Assembly: GCF_006345805.1 (NCBI RefSeq)
Contig: NC_043009.1
Span: 44,082,001 to 44,146,000 of the forward strand
Direction of reading: 5' to 3'
DNA length: 64,000 nucleotides
Source of the DNA: Octopus sinensis
Taxonomy: Eukaryota
The position numbers and the translations under genes were made by a program. Below, in pieces: positions 27,712 to 40,394 of this stretch; the stretch's first letter is position 1, and each line of letters opens with the position of its first letter. The notes beneath the pieces are model-generated. The model made no database searches, was not told where the DNA came from, and was given only the letters and a program-made list of their open reading frames with translations.

Positions 27712-28010
27712 AATTCAAGGTGCGTCAGTTTTTTGAGGGCACCTCTTTCTAACCTTTTTTTATTACCTTATTTTTCAGATAAATGTCAGCCATCAGGTTG
27801 ACTCAGTAAATGAAAAGGTTCCTGCAACCGTTGCCTTAAAAATGTTGCATAGTGATACAGAGTTAGCTCGCTCCTTGAAATTTTTCCGATCCTTCGTTGT
27901 CAAAGTTTGAACGGAGCTGGAAACTGCTGTTGGGAATCCAACATTAATAGGGTCCTAATACCACCGAAATACATAACTTTGCACACAAAATCCGAGAAAT
28001 AATTGATAAA

Positions 28011-28410
28011 AGGTGTAGGAGTGGCTGTGTGGTAAGTAGCTTGCTTACCAACCACATGGTTCCGGGTTCAGTTCCACTGCGTGGCATCTTGGGCAAGTGT
28101 CTTCTGCTATAGCCCCGGGCCGACCAATGCCTTGTGAGTGGATTTGGTAGACAGAAACTGAAAGGAGCCTGTCGTATATATGTATATATATATATACGTT
28201 TGTGTGTGTGCTTGTGTGTCTGTGTTTGTCCCCCTAGCATTGCTTGACAACCGATGCTGGTGTGTTTACTTCCCCGTCACTTAGCGGTTCGGCAAAAATA
28301 GACCGATAGAATAAGTACTGGGCTTACAAAGAATAAGTCCCGGGGTCGATTTGCTCGACTAAAGGCGGTGCTCCAGCATGGCCGCAGTCAATTGACTGAA
28401 ACAAGTAAAA
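28011..28410 (+). mobile_element. SINE family A
   Basis: Matches the other family A copies. Confidence 0.9.
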
Positions 28411-28431
28411 AAAACCCCCAAAACCCCCCCC

Positions 28432-28850
28432 GAAAAGTCAATTAGAATCATTGCAAAGGACCTCAAGATTTCAGAATGCACCATCAGAAGAGTTGTGCAT
28501 GAGGAACATCCGTACAAGCCGTATGTGATGTGGAGGCTAGAAGCAAGACAGAATCAAATGTAACAAGAGAGAATCGTTCGATCCGTGCAAAGCGTTTGCT
28601 AAACAAATTAAAACACCGAGAAGCTGGAGTGCTATAGGCTTTTTTTTTTTTTTTTTTCGATGAGAGAAACTTCGATCAGGACCAAAAGTTAAACCGAACG
28701 AACGGCGGCAGATAGTTATGCAGAGAACAGAATAAGGTTACAACTGTCATGCATAAATACTAAAGTCCCAGCAGCTGTGATGGTTCTGAGAGTCATCAGA
28801 TGTCATGTCTCTTCATGTCTCCTCACTTTTTTTTTTCACGGAACTTTTAT
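28432..28850 (+). mobile_element. Decayed Tc1/mariner-superfamily (maT/rosa-like) transposase fragment
   Basis: Broken reading IAKDLKISECTIRRVVHE...RAKRLLNKLKH...FDERNFDQDQKLNR; HTH and first catalytic Asp region, with stops and frameshifts. Confidence 0.65.
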
Positions 28851-28917
28851 AATTTGGCACAGTGATACACTTGCCCAAACTGAATTGCTGGAGTTTTTTT
28901 TTGTTGTTTTTTTTACA

Positions 28918-29109
28918 CCTGTTTCAGTCATTTGACTGCGGCCATGCTGGAGCACCGCCTTTAGTCGAGCAAATTAACCCCGGAACTTATTCTTTGTAAG
29001 CCCAGTACTTATTCTATCGGTCTCTTTTGCCGAACCGCTAAGTGACGGGGACGTAAACACACCAGCATCGGTTGTCAAGCAATGCTGGGGGACAAACACA
29101 GACACACAA

Positions 29110-29159
<50 letters not shown>

Positions 29160-29312
29160 GACAGGCTTCTTTCAGTTTCCGTCTACCAAATCCACTCACA
29201 AGGCTTTGGTCGGCCCGAAGAAGACACTTGCCCAAGATGCCACGCAGTGGACTGAACCCGGAACCATGTGGCTGGTTAGCAAGCTACTTACCACACAGCC
29301 ACTCCTGCGCCT
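28918..29312 (-). mobile_element. SINE family A
   Basis: Matches the other family A copies; inverted relative to 28011-28410 and ~500 bp from it. Confidence 0.9.
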
Positions 29313-31036
29313 ATTTCATTTTTCCAGAAAAAACGTTTTTAAAAAGTTTAAAATTTGATCATTTACACCCAGTCAGGAAACAGTATTTGGAAGCTGTCAT
29401 TTTGTGCGTGACTGCACATTTTGTCGTCAACACCCTGAAAATAGCACGCGTTGTCAATATTTGTAAATATGTGTTATGTCTCCGGGAATTTTCTTTCATG
29501 TTTATGTTAATTTAAAAGATTTATCCAAAAAAATCTTATTTAGCTGTTATTTTTAGCACACCTCACAACCTCCTCAATGTTCAATGACAAAAAGAAACAA
29601 GTAAACAAACATTTAAGTATTCAATATACATTTAATGTAAATACGATGAACAGGTTACATGCGATAAACACATTACAATTTTAAAATGCTTAAAAAAAAA
29701 CCCAAACATTTAAGCATTCTATACACATTTAATGCAAATGCGATAAACAACACGTTACATGCGATTGCAAGTACATGTTCCCACCATGTCTTTTCGTACA
29801 CATAACATGCCTCTTTTTACATAGTTTTCTTTTAGGTGTCAAGCACTTTTCTTGAAGGTATGACACAGTATCCTCCTGTCTTCAATGTTTCCATAACAGA
29901 AGCGAAGTTACTTGCTGCCATAATCACACAGAAGAACACAGCGTCAAATTTGTCAACACGTGCTTCCTCGCAGATAAAGACTTTTCGAAGGCTGCTCGGT
30001 TTTGCTTGTTACTATGGCAACAGACACGTGCTTTCTCGCAGACAAAAGAGTTCTCATGTTCCGCTTCTTACTGTCGAAACAGGCATGATTGTGCCTGTAA
30101 CTTACGATTGGCTAAAATTTCCAAAATTTTCAAACTTTAATTGCTAATAGCTCTTTATATATTGATTTATAGCGAAAATTATTTTCTCGTCGTTAAGTAA
30201 CCTCTAAAAGTGTATCATTACTCTCAATATGAAATCAATTCGAACAGAATTGATGCTGGCAACCAAACAAACTATACCTCTATCCTTAATTATAACGATA
30301 GATACCGATTACTGTAATGCCATATAATCTGTATTTTATATAATCTAATTCAATAACTTTATTTTATTTGCTTCTAGCCTTAGGTACTATTTGCTTCATC
30401 CTCCCCAATTACGGACTTGATAATTCTTTATGCCAATTACTGGATCTAGTTTTTTTTCCATTCGCAAAATATGCATTTTTTAAAAGACAGTAAAAAAATC
30501 TGAAAATCGGCTATAATAATGTAGCCTTCCAGTCTCAGTGCATATATCTTCCACGTAAATAATCGTGAATATAAAAAACTTAGTTCAGTTTTTTTTAATA
30601 CGCTTTTCACTATCTGCTACCACCACCTCCATTTCTACCACCACCATCATCTTTCTCTCCTCCTCTCCTTCCTTCCTCTCTCTCTTTCTCCCCATTCTCT
30701 CCCTCTCTCTACCTTTCTTTAACCTCACCATCAGAACATCACCCCTCTGCTAAAATTATATTTTTAATTCTCCTCCTCTACCTTCAACTAACTTTTGAGA
30801 TATACAACGCTTAGACTTAATTCACACGCACGCACATACATACATATATTCACATACACACATAGACACACACATAGACACATACACACGCTCATACAAG
30901 ATTTAAAATATAATCAATTTTACTCCTAAAACAATATACAAACTTCACAATCGGGGCTAGCCATAGTTTAGGAAGTCAAGGTCTTAATCATTGTATGATG
31001 TGTCCTAATGACCTTTTCCACTTTATACAACCAAAC

Positions 31037-31087
<51 letters not shown>

Positions 31088-31121
31088 TAATAATAATAAT
31101 TGTTGTTATTGTTGTTGTTAC

Positions 31122-31182
<61 letters not shown>

Positions 31183-31760
31183 TCTTTATTGGATGCAAGG
31201 GCCGAAAAATATATTTAGGACAATACAAAGACAAAGGAGAGTGAGGTATTATGTATGTGTGTGTTTTTCTTTTGTGTGTGTCTATGTGTGTGTGTATGTG
31301 TGTGTAAGTGTGCGTGTTGTGTATGTGTGTGAGTGAGCATGTGCGTGCGTGCGTGTGTGTAAACAGTTTAAGCAATAAAAGTTAACGAGAAAATGCTACT
31401 ACTAAAAGCAATAATCATTATCATATTAATAATGGTTTCAAAATTTGGCACATGGCCAGCAATTTTAGGAAAAAGAGTTAGTCAGTTGTATTGACCCAAG
31501 GCCTCAAATTATTGACCCTAATAAGATGAAAGGCGAAGTCGACCTTGATAGGACTTGAACTGAGAAGTAAAGAACCACAAGAAATGCCGCTAAGTATTTT
31601 GACCGACGCGCTAACGATTCTGCCAGATCGCTGCCTAAGGGCAATACAAAGGACATTTAGGATGATACAAAGATAAAGGTCAGTGGGGAATTACAAATAC
31701 ATGTGTAAACAATAAAACAATAATAATTAACAATAAGACAACAACAACAACAACAACAAC

Positions 31761-31823
<63 letters not shown>

Positions 31824-31826
<3 letters not shown>

Positions 31827-32134
31827 AGGGATTCTTTGGGGTTTGAATAATTCACCTCTGGAAACATGGGTGTTTCGTTCAACATCCTTAAGCAACCCTT
31901 ATTCAGGGACCTTTCGAGTGGGATGGGTTACTCGACCTGAAGAAAATTCTAACTGGGCCCCACCTGCAAGGTCATGTGCTGTTTATCTTGATATGAGATC
32001 ACCATGTCGCGCACATATGGTTGTGATGCATGTGCCTAGTGTACCCTTATCAGACGGGTAGTCATGATGGGTATACTGGGCTTCGTATATTTTACCCCAG
32101 TGTCACTTTGATGGCATGCACTGTTCTCTCACTC
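31824..32134 (+). mobile_element. Retroposon 'family C', 5'-truncated, within (AAT)n
   Basis: gagagggattctttggggtttgaataattcacc...ctctcactc with (aat)n on both sides. Confidence 0.75.
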
Positions 32135-32195
32135 AATAATAATAATAATAATAATAAAATTCTGAATTTTCAGGTTTTGCGATGGAGGTATGTAG

Positions 32196-32432
32196 CAGTG
32201 GTTCCCAACTGGGGTCCATATGGCCCTTGGAGATCCAAATAAGATTTTGTTGTTAAAATTTATCTGCAAAAAAAAAAAATATTTAAATAATTCTTTCGTA
32301 CAATTCCCAATAAAATTTAATTACTAAAATATAATAAGATTTTTTTAAACATGAAATTGTTAGGAGGGTCCATTCGAGTGAAACAGGAATCAAAGAGATC
32401 AATAAGTTTTTTTAAATGGCTGAGAAACACAG
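32196..32432. mobile_element. hAT/Charlie-like MITE
   Basis: Termini cagtggttcccaac and ggctgagaaacacag; degenerate 8-bp flanks gtatgtag/atctttag. Confidence 0.5.
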
Positions 32433-32610
32433 ATCTTTAGTTACCAATGCCTGTAGGTTTGGCACAGGAAGATAGAGTGACATCATACTTTCATCTTTTA
32501 TCGGTCCTCCTTGAAAGAAGGGACTGTGTTTTTAAAGACTTTACAGGTCTCCGAGGACCAGTGAGGTCGATGTGGTTAAAGTTCGTTTTGAATAAGTGTA
32601 AATTGGGCAA

Positions 32611-32914
32611 TCTTTATATATAAAACTGAAGTTGTGTGAGAGTCTGTCTCCTCCGATTTAGATTCCTAACTACTCCCACCTTTTGCGGTGCAGTTTAACC
32701 AAAAGTGGGTATCTTATGGTCGTGATTCATATCGAGCCCTTCTGGGTATAAGCGCGCGTCTACGATGAGTCTACGATTTAAAAAAAATTTACCATCATTT
32801 TTTCGGATTTTTAATGCATTTTTTGCTCGGTTTATATAAGGGAAGTAACTCTCTAAAAATGCTTATATAGTTATTTCCCTTACAAACCCGAGCAACGCCG
32901 GGCGATACTGCTAG
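32611..32914 (+). mobile_element. Non-autonomous Helitron, 304 bp
   Basis: 5' TC, subterminal hairpin cccg-agcaacg-ccggg, 3' CTAG; sits between A (32610) and T (32915) with no TSD. Confidence 0.85.
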
Positions 32915-33364
32915 TGCTGGATAAAACATGAGAAGAGAGAAATTTCAAGAACGTTCCACGTAGAAGAAGGACTAACCAGCATAATGGCTTGGGTGGGGGA
33001 AGTGACTGAGCAGTGCACACAATACAGGTGGCAAGAAGTGGAGAGAATCGATGGCCAACTAACAGCGATGTGCAGAGGCCGCTTTAGTTGCTGTAAAAAT
33101 GGCAGAGAGAAGGCACAGTATGTTTGTGAGTGAAAGATCAGAGCATGTCACTGCAATCAATGCAATGGGGTAGGGGAATTAATGTCATTTATATAGTGAG
33201 GAAAATAAAATATTAATATTACAGACGAATATGATTTCATACTGATTTTAACGATTAAGGCTGATAACTTGGACATGTTCCAGGTTGATTAAACTTCTAC
33301 AGAGAAACTTAGCCATGTCCGTATTTTCCAAATTAAATTATGTTAGCAAGATTCGCTTTTATAT

Positions 33365-33595
33365 TCTCTCTTTTACTCTTTTACTTGTTTCAGTCATTTG
33401 ACTGTGGCTATGCTGTAGCACCGCCTTTTTTAGTTGAGCAAATCGAGCCCTAGTACTTATTCTATCGGCCTCTTTCGCCGAACCGCTAAGTTACACCAGC
33501 ATCGTTTGTCAAGCGATGTTGGGGGGACAAACACAGACACACAAACATACACACACACACACACACACACACCACACACACGCACACACACACAC

Positions 33596-33693
<98 letters not shown>

Positions 33694-33866
33694 TCATATA
33701 TACGGCGGGCTTCTTTCAGTTTCCGTCTAGCAAATCCACTCACATGGCTTTGGTCGGCCTGAAGCTATAGCAGAAGACACTTGCCCAAGATGCCACACAG
33801 TGGGACTGAACCCGGAACCATGTGGTTGGTAAGCAAGCTACTGACCACACAGCCACTCCTGCGCCT
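33365..33866 (-). mobile_element. SINE family A
   Basis: Matches the other family A copies. Confidence 0.85.
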
Positions 33867-34760
33867 CTTGAAGAATTTTTAGTCGAACCTAGTACTTTTT
33901 ATTTTTTAAGCCTGATACTAATTCGATCGGATCTTTTGCCGTAGGTTTTGATTTCGGCAGAAGGTCATCAGTTTTTAAGGGTAAGTATTTAATCGATTAC
34001 ATTGACCCCCCAGTACTTGACTGATACTTTATTTTAGTGACATCGGATAGATGAGATAAAACTGACTTTGATAGGATTTGAACTCAAAACGCAACGAACC
34101 GGAACAAAAACTGCAAGACATCCGGTCTCATTGTCTTATACAGCCGCCACCATGGACCGTATTTTTTGTCTCCATCTCGACAACCATCTTTGTTCAATTT
34201 GTTTCCGTTTCTTTTTCACTTTTCTTCAAACATAGTGTATTTAAGCCTACATTATTTAATATACTCTTCCGTTAAGACAGTTTGGTGTGATTTGAAGACG
34301 GAGACGGTTTTTAGCCTCTATTTCTGGAAGGTCGAACGATAGTTTATAGTGAGACATTTATTTATCTTTCAGGAGTGGCATTGAACTGTTCTATTTAGAA
34401 AATATATGTGACCTTAAACCAGTGTAAAGTAACAATAAGATAAGAAAGCGAAAAATGCTGGGTGGAGGCGAATATATATATATATGTGTATATGTCTAAA
34501 AGAAAATTTTTAAATAGAAAATAAGCAAATCAGATAATTTTAATATAAATATAAGTTTATTTTTATAATCCAAGTTTAAAATATAAATTTACATTATAAA
34601 TATAATACGCAGTGACTGTGTGGTAAGAAGCTTGCTTGCCAACCATATTGTACCGGATTTTGTCTCATCTCACGTGGTACCACTATAACCTCGAGCAGAA
34701 CCAAAGCCTTGTGAGTGGGTTTGGTAGATGAAAACTGAAAGAAGCCCATCGTGTATACAC

Positions 34761-34792
<32 letters not shown>

Positions 34793-35024
34793 GACAACGA
34801 TGCTGGAGTACCATTCTTTTTACTCTTTTACTTGTTTCAGTCATTTGACTGCGGCCATGCTGCAGCACCGCCTATAGTCGAGAAAATCGATCCCAGGACT
34901 TATTCTTTCTAAGCATAGTACTTATCCTATCGGTCTCTTTTGCCGAACCGCTAAGTTACGTAATCACACCAGCATCGGTTGTCAAGCGATGCTGGTGGGA
35001 GGAGGGACAAACACAGACACAGAA

Positions 35025-35082
<58 letters not shown>

Positions 35083-35135
35083 TATACATATATATACATA
35101 TATACGACGAGCTTCTTTCAGTTTCCGTCTACCAA

Positions 35136-35228
<93 letters not shown>

Positions 35229-35459
35229 GACAGACACAGACACAAAGAGACAGACAGGAAACGGGGACAGAAACAGTGAAAGAAAGAAATTGGTATGTAG
35301 ACAGATAAAGAGAGACATAGAGAGATACAGAGAGAGACTTACAGGAGTGATAGATAGATACATACATATATGCATACAAAAAGAGAGACGGACGGACAGA
35401 CAGACAAACAGATAGATAGATAGATACATACATACATAATTTTACAAATATATGTAAGG

Positions 35460-35551
<92 letters not shown>

Positions 35552-36130
35552 GGGAAAAGAGGAGAGACGAAGACACGAGGAGACCAAGACCAAGACAGGG
35601 GTAGCAATGTGTTTTTTCTTCTTTCTCGAGAAGTTAGATTATAAAGTATGGCTCTAAAGATTTTTTCCCGCCTCTAGTGTATAGCGCTTATCTCGGCAAT
35701 CAATTGTATATCGCAGTTTCCGCTCTAGGCCTTTGCTTCTCAGCGGCCATGTCGAATTTGACAATTTTAGATACCATATTGCTTAGATGTAACAGGGAAC
35801 TTTATCTCTACACACAATCTATCTGTATATCTATATCAGCCCGTATATGTGTGCGTGCATTTGTGTGTGAATGTGTATGTATGTATGTGTGTGTATGCAT
35901 ACATATATACATATGTGTATGGTTGTGTGTTTGTGTGCATATATATATATATTTATTTATTTATGTATGTATGTATGCGCATGTACGTATGTGTATGCGT
36001 GATACATGTAGATGTGTATGTCGCTGTGTGCATGCATGTAAGTATACATGTATGTATGTATGTATGTATGTATGTGTGTATGTATGTATGTATGTATGTA
36101 TGTATGTATGTGTGTATGTATGTATATATA

Positions 36131-36162
<32 letters not shown>

Positions 36163-36324
36163 CATATATACATACATACAGATATATATATACGTGTGTG
36201 CCTATATATACACACACGTTTGTCAAAGTATAAATATATATATATTCCTGAGCGCCATACTAATACAATTGTTCGTTGTTTTCCACCTGCCTTCGTCTTT
36301 TGTTTATTTTCATAAAGCTTCCCG

Positions 36325-36408
<84 letters not shown>

Positions 36409-37009
36409 TCGTATATATATATGTGTATATATATAGATGTATATATATATATAGATGTATATATGTATATATATGTGTGTGTGTGTGTGGTGTGAGTATA
36501 ATTATAATATATACATACACACACAAACACGCATGTGCATACACACAGCACGCACACATACACACAAATACACTCTCATACAAACACATTTCTCGTCCTG
36601 TCTATGTAGGCACTGACATTGACGTCAAATTGTTTTTTAACTCTGCTGTCTGCTGTTTTTTGTGGGTTGCTACGACCAGAGAACGAAAAAGAACGATGTC
36701 CTTCCGTGTATGATCACCAAGTGCAAGCAACGTTCGGCTCTCTAAACCTATCTACCTCTCTAAGCTATCTGCAATCACATTCTACCCACCACTACCATCA
36801 CCACCACCATCACCCCCAGTACCAGCACCAGCACCACTATTTCGTCAATGACCAGCATTATAATTTTGGCACGCTGGGGGTCAAGTGGTGACCTCTCTTT
36901 CTCATATGTGAGTAACAGATGGTCCATAGCACTGCAAAAACAACTTGGGCGAAAAACAGAAATCTTTAAGCTGGTTTATTATTTATACATGTGAAGAGGT
37001 GCTCGTTGA

Positions 37010-37011
37010 TG

Positions 37012-37060
<49 letters not shown>

Positions 37061-37803
37061 GGTGGTGGTGGTGGTGGTGGTGAAGGTGGTGGTGGTGGTG
37101 AAGGTGGTGGTGGTGGTGGTGGTGGTGATGGTTGTAGTGGTGAAGGTGGTGGTGGTGGTGAAGGTGGTGGTGGTGGTGGTGGTGGTGAAGGTGGGGTGAA
37201 GGTGGTGGTGAAGGTGGTGGTGAAGGTGGTGGTGGTGGTGGTGGGGTGAAGGTGGTGGTGAAGGTGGTGGTGAAGGTGGTGGTGAGGTGGTGGTGGTGGT
37301 GGTGGTGGTGATGGTTGTAGTGTGAAGGTGTGGTGGTGGTGAAGGTGGTGGGGGGTGAAGGTGGTGGTGGTGGTGAAGGTGGTGGTGGTGGTGAAGTGGT
37401 GGTGGTGGTGGTGTGGTGGTGAAGGTGGTGGTGATGAAGGTGGTGGTGAAGGTGGTGGTGAAGGTTGCGGTGGTGGTGGTGGTTGGTGGTGATGGTTGTA
37501 GTGGTGAAGGTGGTGGTGGTGGTGAAGGTGGTGGTGGTGGTGAAGGTGGTGGTGGTGATGGTGGTGGTGAAGGTGGTGGTGGTGGTGAAGGTGGTGGTGG
37601 TGGTGGTGATGGTTGTGGTGCTGGTGGTGGTGCTGGTGCTGGTGCTGGTGGGGAAGATGGTGGTGGTGGTGATGGTTGTGGTGGTGGTGGTGAAGGTGGT
37701 GGTGTTGATGGTTGTGATGGTGGTGCGGTGGTGCTGGTGATGCTGGTGGTGCTGGTGGTGAAGGTGGTGGTGGTGGTGGTGGTGGTGGTGGTGGTGAAGG
37801 TGG

Positions 37804-37834
<31 letters not shown>

Positions 37835-38033
37835 GGTGCTGGTGCTGGTGGGGTATGTTGGTGGTGGTGATGGTGATGATGATTGTAATGGTGACGGTGG
37901 TAACGGTGGCGGTGGTAGGGATGGTTGGTGGGTGCATGTTGGGGATGGTGGTAATGGTGATGGTGGTGGTGGGAGGGTAGTGGTAATGGTGATGTTGGTG
38001 ATGGTAGTGGTAATGGTGATGATAATGAAGGTG
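37010..38033. repeat. (GGT)n-rich triplet array; continues at 39810-40080 beyond the MULE
   Basis: GTT/GGT/GAA/GAT triplet low-complexity sequence. Confidence 0.9.
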
Positions 38034-39809
38034 GGTACTACTAGTGAAGACTGGACCCGGTGCGCGCACTCGCGCAGTCGCGCGTCCGCGCTAGCTAGTC
38101 GTAAGTAGTCGATCGTACAACGACTTGCGCGTATGCAAATGAGTTGATTTTACAGAGTAAAATAAAAGAATTTTTTCAAGAAAGTAAATAAATTATTTCT
38201 TAGAACAACGTATATGATTTTTTTTTACACAAATCAAATAAAATGTGTGTGATATATTCTTTTAGTTTTCATATTCTTTAGTTTTTAATCATGTGTGTGT
38301 GTGTGTATACAAACCGATACAAATAGATATTATATATGCGTTTATGTGTGATATATTCTTTTACTAGTTTTTGGACATCATCCATAGTAGGTACATCATT
38401 CAGGTATATATATATATATGTATGTATGTAAAGGTATGTAGAAAAATACGACATGGACAAGAACGTATAACTCTTAGAAGACGATACAATAAACACGGAC
38501 AGGACATTCGAAACCCTCAGTCTTCAGTCAAGAACCGGATCATCGTAGTAATTTCGGCTGATTAATCTTGAGATTACTAGATCACGGCCAGCCCTCCAAG
38601 AAAAACTAAGCAACGAGCATTAGAAAAACTAAGCTGGGAGCGTAGATTTCCTGGAAGAAGGATCGAATGCATACGGACACCAGGACAGCAAAAGGGACGA
38701 ATATAAAAAAAACAAAAAAATAATGTATATATATATATATGCGTGTGTGTGCGTGTGTGTATATGTGTGTATATGTGTGTGTATATGTGTGTGTGTATAT
38801 ATGTGTGTATATGTGTGTGTATATACATGTGTGTGTATGTGAGTATATATATATGTGTGTGTGTATGTGTGCGTGTGTATATGTGCGCATATGTGTGTGT
38901 GTGTGTGTATATATGTATGTGCGTGTATATATGTATGTGTGTGTGTATGTATATATATGTGTATGTGAGAAAGAGAGAAGAAACAAAATATCCATTTCTT
39001 TACTACCCACAAGGGGTTATACACAGAAGGGACAGACAAAGGGATTAACTCGATTACATCGACTCCAGTGCGCAACTGGTACTTATTTAATCGACCCCGA
39101 AAGGAAGAAAGGCAAAGTCGACCTCGGCGGAATTTGAACTCAGAACGTAACGGCAGACGAAATACGGCTGTGCATTTCGCCCGGCGTGCTAACGTTTCTT
39201 ATTTCTTTGTTGCCCACAGGGGCTAAACACAGAGAGGACAAACAAGGACAGACAAAGGGATTAAGTCGATTACATCGACCCCAGTTCGTAACTGGTACTT
39301 AATTTATCGACCCCGAAAGGATGAAAGGCAAAGTCGACCTCGGCGGAATTTGAACTCAGAACGCAGCGGCGGACGAAATACCTCTAAGCATTTCGCCCGG
39401 TGTGCTAACGTTTCTGCCAACTCGCCGCCTTTGAGTGAAACCAAGAAAGAAAATATCCTTAAGATGATAAGGAATGGAAAGTTGATATCGATTGATGGAT
39501 TTGATAAGATGAAGATATTTTGGTAACAGTTCATTACACGTGTGTATCCGTGTGTAAGAATGTCTGAGCGAGAGCATATTACAGCATTCCATGAAGGGTT
39601 TTAGTTTTTTTTGGTTTGTTTTGATGTTTTCTTGTTTGTTTATTTACACCAAACCCCCGCCACCCTTGTCTTGATCATTAATTAGACCCATTGGTTGTCT
39701 TCCAACACAACACAACTCATTTGCATACGCGCAAGTCGTTGTAGGATCGACTACTTACGACTAGCTAGCGCGTGTGCGCGCATTGGGCCCAGTCTTCGCT
39801 AGTAGTACC
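38034..39809. mobile_element. Non-autonomous Mutator-like (MULE) element with long CpG-rich TIRs and 9-bp TSD
   Basis: TIRs 38034-38146 and 39713-39809 are reverse complements apart from one indel. ATGAAGGTG directly abuts both ends (38025-38033, 39810-39818). Confidence 0.8.
38991..39431 (-). mobile_element. SINE family B dimer inside the MULE
   Basis: Two head-to-tail units. Confidence 0.9.
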
Positions 39810-40347
39810 ATGAAGGTGATGGTGCTGAAGGAGGTGGTTGTGGAGATAGCGGTGGTGGTGGCGATAGTTGTGAAGGTGGTGGTGTTGATGATGATGATGA
39901 TGACGATGATATTGCTTGCGGTGATTGTGATGATGGTAGTGATGGTGATGATAAAAGTGCTGATGGTGGTGGTGACGGTCAGGTGATGATGGTCGTGGTG
40001 ATGGTTATGGTGGTGGTGGTGTGGTGGTGGTGGTGGTGGTGGTGGTGGTGGCGGGCTGCTGCTGCTGCTGCTGCTGTAGGTGTCATTGCCATCGTATTCC
40101 CACCCACCCACCCCGGATGCCAAGATAAGTAATTTTCGGGTCTTGTAATTGAATGTTACTAGGTTATCAAAGTTAGATTCCAGAATGTGGCAAACTGGGC
40201 TGCTGGTGGATCTCCGTCGTTCGGCGAAGAGGATTCACTTATTCAATCACCAAGTATTAACGTGTAAAGTGGCTGAGTGTTTCAAAATATACGTGTACCC
40301 TTTGCGTAATTCTCCGCCAGAATCAACATGACAAAGTGTGTGTGTGT

Positions 40348-40394
<47 letters not shown>

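Noticed and set aside
34143-34155. Perfect Kozak GCCGCCACCATGG
   Set aside because: It lies at the decayed end of a reverse SINE B head and opens only a 27-codon ORF; likely chance.
36966-38108. Long His/Thr/Pro- and Val/Gly-rich ORFs (367 and 231 aa)
   Set aside because: They are translations of a (GGT)n triplet array that lacks stop codons; the array is also split by a transposon.
38490-38560. Hammerhead-like CTGAAGA...TTTCGAA on the minus strand
   Set aside because: No GAAA core and no convincing stem II; kept only as a decayed Penelope-like fragment.
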